A stretch of 64,000 nt of DNA from Octopus vulgaris (lineage: Eukaryota), in the NCBI GenBank assembly GCA_951406725.2, contig OX597832.1, positions 51,088,001 through 51,152,000 of the forward strand. The letters run 5' to 3'. Each line of letters opens with the position of its first letter. Position 1 is the stretch's first letter. Below, piece after piece: positions 50,382-63,196 of this stretch. The translations under genes were made by a program, and so were the position numbers. A model generated the notes under the pieces. It made no database searches. It saw only the letters and a program-made list of their open reading frames with translations, and was not told the DNA's origin.

Positions 50382-50416
50382 GCTGAAGAAAGGCAGGTAG
50401 AAGAAAAAAACAATAC

Positions 50417-50562
50417 CTTTTTGAAGATCGGCTTCGATTTTCTGGTCCATTTGTTTCTTCAGAAAAGGGACCATGAAGAAATTTGCATTTTGAACCAAAT
50501 GGACATGCTCTTGTTAAAAGCCAGTTGCGGCACTTATCTACATATGCTGTTTTATCCATTCT
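50417..50562 (-). CDS. ZC3H13: ZC3H13-like exon 1 in window, CCCH zinc finger (RMDKTAYVDKCRNWLLTRACPFGSKCKFLHGP...)
   Basis: C-x8-C-x5-C-x3-H finger resembling the ZC3H13 N-terminal finger (CRNWL..G.C.YG..CRF.HGP, from memory). Acceptor ttttttag, donor AG|gtattg, phase 2. The ATG at 50559 may be the start or an internal Met. Confidence 0.88.
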
Positions 50563-51054
50563 CTAAAAAACATTAAGAAAAAATATGCGAACTACAGGAT
50601 TTATTTCAATATTATTAAAATAAATTCAACAGGAATATTGAAAAGAGTAAATAAATTTTAACAGTTCGGTCTCTTTTATAAAATCCTCATATACCAACAA
50701 CAGATGAGCAAAACTTTTTAAATCAGTCACTCTGTATACTATCAGCATTCTGAAGGAATGAAAGGTAGAGTCAAAATTGGGAGAATTTTGTTTTAACTTC
50801 AGGACATAGACAAAATTAAATACAATAGAGACATTTAGATCAGTGCTCAAAAACTTTACTTAGTTGCAAATACTTTGTTAAATGCTATTTTGATATCTTA
50901 TAGTTATGAGTTCAAATTCTTATTAGAGTTCATTTGCCTAACACTCTTCCACTGCCATCATCATCATCATCATCATCGTCAACATCCGCTTTCCATGCTG
51001 GCATAGGTTGGATAGTTCAACAGGTCCTGGCCAGGCAGAAGACTGCACTAGACT

Positions 51055-51247
51055 ATATGGCGGCTAGCACGCCAGGCAAAATGCTTAGCGGTTTTCCGTC
51101 TGCCGAGGTCGACTTTGCTTTTCATCCTTTCGGGGTCGATTAAATAAGTACAAGTTATGCACTAGGGTCGATGTAATCGACTTAATCCGTTTGTCTGTCC
51201 TTGTTTGTCTCTTCTACATTTAGCCCCTTGTGGGCAGTAAAGAAATA
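51055..51247 (+). mobile_element. SINE family B (internally deleted) inserted in an older family A SINE
   Basis: 18-bp TSD agaagactgcactagact at 51037-51054 and 51248-51265. Confidence 0.85.
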
Positions 51248-51848
51248 AGAAGACTGCACTAGACTGCCAATAAAAATATAAACCAGTTGTTGCTTAACCC
51301 CAAGTCAGTCCCGGTCAAGTAGTAATCCTATGATCAAAGGAGTTACAGCTGTGACCAGTCTCTTTCATATCTTTGACTACAATGTCTAATGTTGAAGCAG
51401 AAATATCATTATAGCAAATATTCTGCTCAATACCACAGATTTGCTTGTCTGTTGCTTGACCATAACCACTTGAGCATGTCTCTCAGTGGCTAACAATATA
51501 TGCATTTCTGATCATGAACAGGAGTAGTGGGGGAACATCATAGCCATGCATTGAGAGGGATTCTTTGCTGCGTTTCAATAAATGTAACAAAAGCAAAGTT
51601 TGAAGGAAATATTAACCATTTTGCATACTTTATAGAGGTAAGCAAATAGGAAATAAGAGTTGCTACTCAAGGACAAAACACTGTAATATGCAAAGGAACA
51701 TGCAACTGACTACAGCTCTTTCATACAGAAAACATAACCTGTCAGCAAAAAGGAATCCTTCATCAGTAATTGTTGCATTCAAGTTGATAAAGAGAGTAGA
51801 GAGCTCCACCTATAAATTATTAGATAATTCTAAACAAGACTTCTAATA

Positions 51849-52335
51849 CAGTAATCCCTCGTCATATCGCGCTTCACCTATTGTGCACTCAATACATTGT
51901 GGATTTTTCTGGCTAATATAAGTAAATTTGTATCGTAGACTCCTCAGTATATTGCAGGTTTCTGCGACTGATAGGTTTTTATATGCTTTTAGAGTTTAAA
52001 TATTTCTGTGGTAAAATAAGCATTTTCACACATAAAAATTAATTATTGAAAATAGAGTACAGTACTGCACTGTATAACAGATTAATTAAAATATATTAAA
52101 AGGAAATACATAGTGTACCGTAGATGAGTAAACAAAGAATTGCAAATACTGTATAGGAAATGAAATGCGGAAGGCGAGTGTGTGGTGTTGTTTTGCATTT
52201 ATAATAAAATAAATATATACAAATTAGAAAAATGATAAAAAAAATATAGAGTACAGTACTGTTTCTACTTCACTGATTTTCACCTATCACAGGAGGTTTT
52301 GGAAGTAAACACCTACGATAGTCGAGGGATTACTG
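51849..52335. mobile_element. pogo/Tigger-like MITE
   Basis: TA-flanked TIRs cagtaatccctcg / cgagggattactg. Confidence 0.82.
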
Positions 52336-52477
52336 TATAAGCATAAACTCACAGAGTAGTAACAATGTTGCACACCGTTTATACCACCAATAAATGACGC
52401 ACAGTTTAAAAATCTGAAGTTTATAAAGAGCCAACATATAGTTTACCCCATTTGATATCTTCATTGGTCAATAAATA

Positions 52478-52693
52478 CATATTTCTTTATTACCCACAAG
52501 GGGCTAAACAAGGACAGTCATAGGTATTAAGTTGATTACATAGACCCCAGTGCGTAACTGGTACTTAATTTATCGACCCCCCAAAAGGATGAAAGGCAAA
52601 GTCGACCTCGGCGGAATTTGAACCCACAACGTAACGGCAGACAAAATAGGGCGACGCATTTCGCCCGACGTGCTAACGTTTCTGCCAGCTCGC
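52478..52693 (-). mobile_element. SINE family B
   Basis: Reverse complement of the family B consensus. Confidence 0.85.
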
Positions 52694-54904
52694 ACAATCA
52701 GATTTATTGATTGAGTATGGAATATCAAACAAATTGCATATTTGATTATGCACCTGGGTGCTTTGAGTTCAAATTCTGCTTAAGATGCTTGGTACAACAG
52801 ATTTGTTTCCTTAGGGTTTATTGGAAGTCATACACAACCCAGTACAGCTTGAACCTAATGCAGCTGATAATGCACTGGCTATTTATGATAAGGATATGTT
52901 TGTGTCTGTCTAAATCAGACAGGAAATGGATAATAACTCTAGAACATTGAAGATTTCTAATATGCTTAGATTAGATGCCAGGTAAGAAGAAAGGAGCAGA
53001 CTCCAATAAAGAATAGGAGCAGGTGTGGCTGTGTGGTTAAGAAACTTGCACCGCAACCATGCAGTCTTGGGTTCAGTCTGTGTGACACCTTGGGAAGTGT
53101 CAACTATAACCCAGGACTAATCAAAGGCTTGTGAGTGGATTTGGTAGATGGAAATTGAAATATGCCCATCATATATGGTGTCTCTGTCTTCTTGTTTTAA
53201 CATCGAGTGATAGTTGTAAATGAGTGCCACTGTCATACACGTGGTGTCATTCATTTCCAATATTCTGTGGAAACATGTCTGGCCATGTCTATCTCACCAA
53301 ACAAGTGAGGGTTGGTAACAGGAAGGGCATCCAGCCATAGAAAATCTGCTTCTTTTTCTTCTTCGTTTTAAGGCCCACTTTTCCATGCTGATATGAGTCA
53401 GAGAGAACCTTTGTTGAGGTGGAAGCCCTTTCTATCGCCTGTCTCCAAGTACCGTAATATTTCTTCATAACCAGACGTGTTTTCAAAGAAAACTGAAAAC
53501 AAAGAACCCTACTTGCATAACATTGACACCTGTATACAACTACCACACGATGTCATGACAAAGAAACAGTAACACACATATACATGTACAAACAACAGGC
53601 TTCTTTCTGTTTCTGTCTACCAAATCCATTCCCAAATTCTTGGTTGGCCAGAGGGAGCTATAGAAAGACACTTGTTGAAGGTGCCACACAGTGGGACTGA
53701 ACCCAGAGTGACATGGTTGGCAAGCAAATTTCTTACCACACAACACTGTCCAATTCTAATGCTTTTGCTTCAGTTGTGGTCTATAGAATGTGGTGTATAT
53801 GCTGCTCTAAGTTGAAGCCAGTAACCATCCTAACCACTTTAACATTTCAAACTATTCTGGCGTTTAATTGATTTTGTAATCAGATTCAAGTCAGCTACAA
53901 AGAAGTATTTCCACTCTTTTGTTGAGAACAAAGTGAAGTCTATATAATCATAATTAGCTAATATCTATAATCTGCTGTCCATTTTTCCATATTAGCTTAA
54001 TTTGAACAATAACAAAATAAAACAAAACGTTCGTACAAAGAAGAAACATAAAAGACATCAAATAAATTTAGATGAAACTGCATGTGGACATAACTGCATG
54101 CATAGATAAGAACTGAAACAGAAATAAGTAATTTTAAAAAAACTTGGAAAACTGAAATATAAAATAAAAGTATTATCTTGAATATGTTTTAGTTCATATG
54201 CTGAGTTATATCATCATAATGTCATCTAATATCTTCTTTTCTAAGTTCACATGAATCAGACAGAATTTATGGAGAGAGATCTTCTACAGCAGGCTGCCCA
54301 TCGTGTTGCCAACCCATACCTGTTTCCAAGCAAGGCAGTATTTTCCCACGGCCAGACATGTATTTCACAGGAAGATTGGAAACGAACAGCCTTGCTTGCA
54401 TAGTGATGATGCTCGTTGACAACCATCACGTGATGTCTAGACAAGAATACAAACAAAAACACACATACAGCAAAGCTTCTTTCAGTTTCTGTCTACCACT
54501 TTGGATGCCCTGAGGCTATAGTAGAGGAATTTGCCCAAGGTGTTAAACAGCAGGACTGACCCCCAAGACCACATGGCAGATGGAGAAGGCTTCTTAATCA
54601 TACGGCCTCCTTGTGCCTATATAGAGCACTGGCATTGTTCAGTCACAATTACATAGAATTTTTTAATACTCAAGTTAAACTGAAACTACTTAGGTTTGCA
54701 CCATTAATATTAATACACTACTATAAGTTGTGTCAATTTCTGATCAAGAACTTCATTTGGCGCCACATGGGCTCAGATCCAATTCCACTGCATGCACTAT
54801 AGGCAAGTGTCTTTCATTGTAGTCTTGTGTTAACCAATGCCTTATGAGTGAAATTTGGTATATGGAAACAGTATGCAAGCCTTTTGTGTATGAGCACAAA
54901 TGCG

Positions 54905-55313
54905 GGATCTTTTCGGTTTGAAAATAATTTCCACATAACTAAACACTTTTAAACTTCGTATAGTGGTAGAATGTGTTCATAAAACACCTTTTGCTCTTGG
55001 CTTTATTGAGAAAATTCTATGGTTTGTAAGATATTTGTTGTTGTTTTTTCTTCTTCAATTTCTGCAATTTCAACCAATCAATGACGTCTATTGAGGTAAA
55101 AAACATTCTGTGCCATATGAATATGTCCCTCGTTTAAGAAACAGACTGGGTTTATTTACATTTCTGAAGAAAAAAAGATACCCATCCCCCCCATCCCTAA
55201 CCCTAACCCTAAAACAGATTGAAATACAATAGATCGATACTAGGGTCATAATTATGGGTGACAATTTCATATGACACCGCTAGAAAAAACTGCCGTTCAA
55301 ACCGAAAAGATCC
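54905..55313. mobile_element. GG-terminated MITE with telomere-like internal repeat (Merlin-like)
   Basis: Perfect TIR (g)ggatcttttcggtttgaa / ttcaaaccgaaaagatcc(c). Flanks caaatgcg / caaatgca. Internal ccctaaccctaacccta. Confidence 0.75.
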
Positions 55314-55775
55314 CAAATGCACGCATGCACACACACACACACACCACCATTTTAACATTTCTATACTTTCATGGATCCGATTTTCTAATACCCTTCCGGT
55401 CATCAACTCTCACCTGCTTGCAAGTAAGGTAATATCCTATGGTCAGACATGCTTGTTTGCAACCATTACATGATGCCAAGACAAGGGTACAACATTGACT
55501 TATGAAGGATTAGCTACACTTTCTATGTGAATTTTCCCTTCATTGTGTTTCTGTTACATTTTTGGAATAAATACATATATATAAATTATATTATTATGGC
55601 TGCGCCCTCGTTATCGAGTATGGCCATTGCACGAAGCTTAACTGTTACTGGTGCTGTGATCGAATGTGACTTTTTAGCCCAGCCAAAGATCTACAATGTC
55701 TTGTACAAAATTAGCAACTAAAACCTTTACCGGTAATAGCCAGCTGTAGTTGTAACTATATACATACATACACAC

Positions 55776-57021
55776 ACGATGAGTACTGAAAAGTTCCTGG
55801 CTTTAAAGTATTGAGAAAGGGTAGAACTGTTATCGTTACAAGTGAAGTAGGACAATTATTTAGAAGATATGCAAAAAATCATGATGGGATACAATATATC
55901 TTGCTCTTTTTTTGCAGATTTAATGCATGATAGCAGTTTCTACAGTGGATTTTGGTAAAACTGAAGCATGGGCGGTCATGAAGTTCTTACTCCAAGGCAA
56001 AGGAGCAGCAGATAATCCATGGTGAGATGAAGTCTTGACAGATAGCTGTCCATCTTACTCCACAGAGAAAATCTGGGTGTCAAAGTTTCGGATTGGTCAT
56101 TTCAAGGTCACAGATGAACTCTGGTCAGGACAGCCAACGCTGTGCACATCATCATGATTTTCGATGCCAGATTTCAGCTAAAGTCATAGCTGAGACTCTG
56201 GAGATTTCCTGCAAAAGTGTTGGCCAGGATCATCCACAACATTCTGGACATGAGAAAGCTTTCTGCAAAATGGGTGCTGAAATGCTTGAACACAGATCAG
56301 AAGCACATCAGAGTGACAACATGAAAGGCAAATTTTGGACTGGTTTAAAGCAGAAGAGGGTGATTTTATGTCTCATTTAGTCACCATGGATGAAACTCGA
56401 CTTCATCATTATGATCCCCAGACCAAGCAGCAATCAATGAAGTGGTGCCACAGCAGTTCACTGTGTCCAAAGAAGTTTGGGACCCAGAAGTCAGCTGGAA
56501 AGATTCTGGCTTCAGTGTTCTGAAACAAAGTACTCCTTATAAAATACCTGTCTAAGGGTTGCACCATCAATGCAGAATACTACATGTCTCTGTTAGACAA
56601 AATGCATGAAGCTTTGAAGTAGAAATGCCATAGAAAGCTGAGCTGTGGTGTCCTGTTTTTGCAAGACAATGCACCAGCACACACAGCACATGAAACTCTA
56701 TGGAAAACACGTGACATTGTTTTCTAATTGGTAGACCATCCACGTAACACTCCTGACTTGGACCCTCCAACAATCACCTCTTTTCACAACAGAACAAATA
56801 TCTCAAGGGAATGAAATTTCACTCCATTTTGATGATTTCTGCTACAGAGGCTTGGTAGGAGGCCCAACCTTCCAAAGTTCTTTTTACAGGGTTTAGAAAA
56901 ACTGAAGGACCACTGCAATAAGTGTGAATTTGAGAGGGGAATACATTCAATAAAATCATAATTAACTGATCCCCCTGTATTTCCTTTTACACAAAGTCTG
57001 GGACTTTACAGCACCCACCTC
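55776..57021 (+). mobile_element. Decayed mariner transposon (about 1.25 kb) with a transposase pseudogene
   Basis: TIR remnants actgaaaagttcctggcttt / aaagtctgggactttacagc. Transposase remnants AKWVLKCL (WVP motif), VTMDETRLHHYDPQTKQQSMKW, QKSAGKILASVF and LFLQDNAPAH. Confidence 0.9.
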
Positions 57022-57475
57022 TCTCTCTCACACACACACAATTTACTTTTAATCATTGAACTCAAATTAATATAAATTATAGCATGTAAATATTAGGTTA
57101 AAAATCCTTTAGATAGAACCCACATCTTCCGTAAATATAGCTTTATCTACTTCAAGTTCAAGGCGCTATTTCACATTGTCTTGAAGTTTCTGAATTCTTA
57201 TGACACAAAAAACATACACAGATGTATATTTACTTCAGTATCCATCTCCCAAATCCACTTACAAAAATAGGTACCATGCTTTCTCTAATGGTTTTAGATG
57301 TCTCTGTAGTCATGAGCAGACATCCTCTTGACCATCCCTCTCTTGATCAAGCTAAACAACTAGGATATGACAATTGGAGAGTTAGAGAGCTGGGGTAAGT
57401 ATTGTAACACCAATAATTCTTCCTATTTGTTACTTTAATAGGAGGTATAGCAATACAGTTATAGAAGCAAAAAAA

Positions 57476-58066
57476 GAGATGCTACAAGAATATACAATCA
57501 GGAATGCAACTGTATTAATTTCGAAAAATTCAAGCAACAACCAAAGATGAGAAAGCAATGTTGAGAAAACACATTCAAACATACGGGGGAAAAAAATAAA
57601 AAATTCAGGTAGTGTACCTAGAACAAGGCGGCTTATCAAAACCCACCCCCAACCAATCTCAAGGTTAGCATCATCATTATCATTGCTTAATGTCTGCTTT
57701 CCATGCTGGCATGGGTTGGACGGTTTGACAAGAGCTGGCTAGGCAGAAGACTGCACCAGGCTTCAGTGTCTAAAAACCATGTCAAAACAGACACTAAAGC
57801 CTGGTGTAGTCTTCTACTTAGCCAACTCCTGTCAAAGAGTCCAACTATGCCAGCATGGAAAGTGGACATTAAATAATGGTGATGATGATAGTTTTGGGAG
57901 GGGTGAGCTTTAATAAACTGACTTATTCTAGGTACACTACCTGAATTTTTCAGGGTTTTATTTCTAAGTTTGAATGTTTTCTCAACATTTCTTTCTCATC
58001 TTGTTACTTGCAATTTTTCAAAATTAATACAGTTGCATTCCCGATTGCATATTGTCGTAGCATCTC
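57476..58066. repeat. Fold-back inverted duplication, arms about 280-295 bp, spanning flank plus a family A SINE tail
   Basis: gagatgctac...cttcagtgtct pairs with agacactaaagc...gtagcatctc. Loop of about 17 nt. Confidence 0.88.
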
Positions 58067-58884
58067 CTAAACACTAAATTCGGTACTGCTAATTAGCAAA
58101 ATACCCATCAGGTTTAAAATAACAATACAACTCACAGAGTGGGGGGGGGGGTCAGTAACAGCCAATACTTATTTACAGCCAGGTGGACTGGGTTATTTAT
58201 GAGTTGGCCTTAGATAGGAAATATGACATAGAATTGAAGTTCAGCTCTTCAGAATTGAGAAAGAAATATAAAGGAATGTATTCATTCCACTCTAATATGA
58301 TTTTAAATTGTAGAACCGGAGGATACTAGTATTTATTGGACTGCTATAACTCCTTCAATTCAGGAAGACTACAACATTATTGTAACAATAGCTGGCCCCG
58401 TGCCGTCAAAAGTGACGGTTAATTGTAGTATTTTAGAGTCAAAATGATCTTTGATTTTTGCTTTCAGCATTAAATGTTCACCATCCAACTTCCATTGCAC
58501 ACACACGCACACATTCACATACTTCTCTTTTACATATACACACATATACTCAGTCAGAGTTGAAATGCTCCAACTACCAGCTTGCCATCACCCTTTCCTT
58601 TCTCATTCATTTGTTGTGCCAGAGAAAAACACAAGAGTATTATTATAGTAGATTCATATGGTACTATTGCATGCTTCACACAACTTACATCATCATATCT
58701 TTATTATTGTTTTAACACTCAATTTTCCATGTTTGAATGGATCAGACAGAGAGTACTGAGATAGATTTCCTATGGCTGGATACCCTTCCTGTCACCAATC
58801 CTCACCTGCTTTCAAGCAAGGTAATATTTCCCTAAGGCCAGGCACGATTTGGAGAATATTTGATATGAATGGCATTCATTTGCA

Positions 58885-59145
58885 ACAATGTCAAGGCATG
58901 AAGACACACACACACAATGTTGAGGCAAGGAGACACACACACAATGTCATGGCAAGGAGACACACACACACAATGTCAAGGCAAGGAGACACACACAATG
59001 TCAAGGCAAGGAGACACACACACAATGTCAAGGCAAGGAGACACACACACAATGTCAAGGCAAGGAGACACACACACACACAATGTCAAAGCAAGGACAC
59101 ACACACAAAATGTCAAAGCAAGGAGACACACACACAAACACACAC
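58885..59145. repeat. Minisatellite, unit about 27 bp, about 8-9 copies
   Basis: caatgtcaaggcaaggaga(ca)n repeated. Confidence 0.92.
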
Positions 59146-59469
59146 CTTTATCTTATACTTGTTTCAGCCATCGGACTGCAGTCATGCTGGGGCACCATCT
59201 TGAAAAAGTTTTTTTAGTCTAACAAATCGACCCCAATACTTATCAGTAAGTTGCAGGGATGCACCAGTTATCAAGTAGTGGTAGGAAATGAATACAAAAA
59301 CACATCACAGGTTTTTTTTTATTTTTCAGTTCCTGTCCATCAAATTCACTCACAAGGATTTGGTTGATTTGTGACTATAGTAGAAGACATTTAAGGTACT
59401 ATGCAGTGGGACTGAACCTAGAACCATGTGATTGGAAAGCAAGCTTCTTACACACAGCCATATCTATAC

Positions 59470-59497
59470 ATGTAGGTGTGTATGTGTGTATATGTGA

Positions 59498-59557
<60 letters not shown>

Positions 59558-59658
59558 ATATAAATTAGAGATGGAAACAAAATAATTGAATAACTGAATC
59601 AAGAAATAATAAATTTAATCACATTTTATTACTTCCATATAAACAAATGTGTATGTAT

Positions 59659-59693
<35 letters not shown>

Positions 59694-59815
59694 CATACAC
59701 ACATACATATATAGATACATATATATACATACATGTACATATATAGATACATATACATGCACACACACACACATATACATATATACACACACATATATAT
59801 ATACACACACACATA
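59470..59815. repeat. Compound (TG)n/(TA)n/(CA)n microsatellites
   Basis: Directly visible dinucleotide runs. Confidence 0.9.
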
Positions 59816-59818
59816 TAA

Positions 59819-61080
59819 TTAGTAATGCATCTCGGCGTTGCCAGGGTGTTATATAATCTACAGCCACATTGTATTATTTGTTTCTTTCTTATGGGCAGAA
59901 TTCGCACATGAGGAGTGTGGAACAAACAACTCTTCTTCATAAACATGTTTTTCAGTCATTTTGTGATGTACAATGCTGAAATTGTTGACACCAAAAAACA
60001 TGTAGAATGGCAGCTTAGATTAGAATGAAATCCTAACATTACCCCCAAAATGACCTAGACTTACGGATTTAAAGAATTGGATGATGAATGAGGACACAGA
60101 GGTATCCGTATTGCAGAAAGTAAGGTACATGGAAAGAAAGCTGCTTCATCTCTTGTTTGGGCAGACTGCACACTTCAACATATGTTAAGTGAAGCCGACA
60201 ATGCTTCTAGGTAAACTATGTTTTGCATAAGCCAAGTGTTGATAGAATAAATATACAAGGCGGCGAGTTGGCAGAAACATTAGCACAACGGGCGAAATGC
60301 TTAACGGTATTTCGTCTGCCGTTACGTTCTGAGTTCAAATTCTGCCGAGGTCGACTTTGCCTTTCATCCTTTCGGGGTCGATAAATTAAGTGCCAGTTAC
60401 ACACTGGGGTGGGTATAATCGATAATCGACTTAATCTGTTTGTCTGTCCTTGTTTGTCCCCTCTGTGTTTAGCCCCTTGTGGGTAGTAAAGAAATAGGTA
60501 TTTTATCTGCTGTTACGTTCTAAGTTCAAATTCCGCCGATGTCAACTTTGCCTTTCATCCTTTCGGTGTCACTAAATTAAGTACCAGTTACACACTGGGG
60601 TCGATGTAATCGACTTAATCCATTTGTCTGTCTTTGTTTGTCCCTTCTGTGTGTAGTCCCTTGTGGGCAGTAAAGAAATAAGAATAAATATACAAGTCCT
60701 CTGCACTGCTAACTCGAGAGCATGCGACATAAATGTTGTCCATGAGAAAAGCAGGGTATTTGTAAATTGAGACCCACAATTTTTAAAGTTTAACCCTAGT
60801 CTTTGTTGAAGCACAATCACACTGGAAACTGGAGGAGCTTGGACTGAAAACTTGAGGGAATAAGAGGCATGCGTGGGATGTATGCGATCTCTCCTCGATG
60901 ACAGCCAGCAATAATGGTTGCTCGTAGGACATGTTGTAGTTAGTCAATATTGTACCATTGCATAGTCATGGTGGGTTGAAATTCCTCAAGAGCGTGATAG
61001 GTGCACCTTTCTTTAGGAACAACTAATGTGGTGGTCGTCCTGTGGGTTGCAGAGAGTGGAGAAATTCAAATGGATACGCA
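59819..61080 (-). mobile_element. Helitron 3' relic with a Pif1-like helicase pseudogene, split by a SINE
   Basis: Minus-strand translation with stops and frameshifts: GRPPH*LFLKKGAPITLLRNFNPP*LCNGT...GEIAYIPRMPLIPS...LQFPV*LCF...TLKIVGLNLQIPCFSHGQ/LYVACSRV...LYIY...NIVYLEAL. 3' end 'ccctggcaacgccgag...CTAA|t'. Not recovered as such in the ORF track. Confidence 0.88.
60260..60680 (+). mobile_element. SINE family B head-to-tail dimer
   Basis: A full unit plus a 5'-truncated second unit, both inside one 16-bp TSD agaataaatatacaag (60244-60259 and 60681-60696). Confidence 0.88.
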
Positions 61081-62144
61081 ACAAATTTATGAGTTTGCCC
61101 AGAAATCATGTTTTCAAAATTATAATTTCCCTGCTGAAATTTCCTGATTTTTAACTATTTTTCAACTTTTGTTTTTTATGCACGTGGAAAACTACAGAGA
61201 TTACAAATGTGGGAAATACAATTTGTTTTTGAAAATTTAATTTTTCTAAGAAATACTGAATACCCTTTCCCCCCCCACACACACACACACAAACCTCAGC
61301 CACCCATCAGCTACCCACTTTCGGGGAAAATGCAAATCTCCTGTATGGAAAACAGGAATGTGAGAAAACTAAGGAAAGAAATAAGAGGGGGGGAGGGTTA
61401 GCCAAATGTCATCTAGGACATGCTAGAAACAACAGGTAAAGGACAGGATTTCTGAGATAACTTCCTTGTAAGTTTAAATGGAAGATCAGGTTTTGAAATA
61501 TGCTCATCATAAACAGGAATGACAGAATAGGAAATGGTAATTTCCATAGGATTTGGGCTGTAATTTAGCGCACAGCAAAAAATAACATAATGCATACAGA
61601 ACTTTAACTGTGTGTGCCAAAGGAAGTTATTTTTGCATATTTTTCTTAACACCTTCACTTATAGAATATACAGTATCAATTTTGTGCTGGCTTTCTTTCA
61701 CTTTCAACTATAGAACATACATAGGGTATGAAACATCAGTGTCTGTCTCTCACCCACTATCCATCTTTCAACTTCTCCTATAGAAACTTGTTTTCTGTCT
61801 CTGTTTCTTTCTCTTGTCTCTCTGTCTTTTTCTCAATCTGTGTTTCACTCGGTCACTCCGTAAAAACTAATTTCTTTATGCTTTGAAGAGAGCAGTAATT
61901 GAAAGAAAAGAGAAAGCGAAAAGGAGAGAGAGAGAGAGAGAGCAGGAAGTGAAAGATGTATGTACATGTATATGAAATGGATGTGTGCATGTGTGTGTGT
62001 GTGTGTGCAAGAGAGAGAGAGAGAGAGAGAATGAATGAGTGAAGATGTGTGTTGTGATGATGGATATCTTTTAAGGTACGCACTCATATAGAAAATGTGA
62101 TATCATCGTATAAAATGTTTACGATAGTTGACTTACTCTCTTTT

Positions 62145-62550
62145 TTTTTACTCTTTTTACTTGTTTCAGTCATTTGACTGTGGCCACGCTGGAGCACCAC
62201 CTTTTAGTCGAGCAAATCAACTCCCAGGACTTATTCTTTGTAAGCCTAGTACTTATTCTATCGATCTCTTTTGCCGAATCGCTAAGTTACAGGGATGTAA
62301 ACACACCAGCATCGGTTGTCAAGCGATGTTGGGGGGACAAACACAGATACACAAACATATACACATACATATATATACGTATATACGTCGGGCTTCTTTC
62401 AGTTTCCGTCTACCAAATCCACTCACAAGGCTTTGGTTGGCTCGAGGCTATAGTAGAAGACACTTGCCCAAGGTGCCATGCAGTGGGACTGAACTCGGAA
62501 CTATGTGGTTCGTAAGCAAGCTACTTACCACACAACCACTCCTACGCCTA
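62145..62550 (-). mobile_element. tRNA-derived SINE family C
   Basis: Same as 18020-18425. Confidence 0.87.
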
Positions 62551-62789
62551 TATGGAAAAGATTAATTTTTATAATGCAAATATGTAAATGAAAACAAAGT
62601 TTAGCTGGTAGCAGAAATAGTACTGAATTTTTTGATACCCATATGTCAAAATCAGCAACTCAGTTTTGGAATGCATAAGGAACAAACGCGCACACACACA
62701 TACAAACTCTCTTTTATAAATATAGATATATACACATACATATATACAAATACACATATACATAAACACACACAGATATATATATATAT

Positions 62790-63196
62790 ATATTCTTTTA
62801 CTCTTTTACTTGTTTCAGTCATTTGACTGTGGCCATGCTGGAGCACCGTCTTTAGTGAAGCAAATCGACCCCGGGACTTATTCTTTGTAAGCCCAGTACT
62901 TATTCTATCGGTCTCTTTTGCCGAACCGCTAAGTGACGGGGACGTAAACACACCAGCATCGGTTGTCAAGCAATGCTAGGGGGACGAACACAGACACACA
63001 AACATATACACACACACTTATATATATATATATATACATGTATACGACAGGCTTCTTTCAGTTTCCGTCTACCAAATCCACTCACAAGGCATTGGTCGGC
63101 CCGGTGCTATAGCAGAAGACACTTGCCCAAGATGCCACGCAGTGGGACTGAACCCGGAACCATGTGGTTGGTTAGCAAGCTACTTACCACACAGCC
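62790..63196 (-). mobile_element. tRNA-derived SINE family C
   Basis: Same as 18020-18425. Confidence 0.87.

Noticed and set aside
50182-50413. ERERER / SLSLSL ORFs that could pass for an RE-rich protein region
   Set aside because: A pure (GA)n microsatellite in the intron, downstream of the true donor at 50416.
58885-59145. Regular repeat resembling a CRISPR array
   Set aside because: No unique spacers and no cas genes, in a eukaryotic context. It is a minisatellite.
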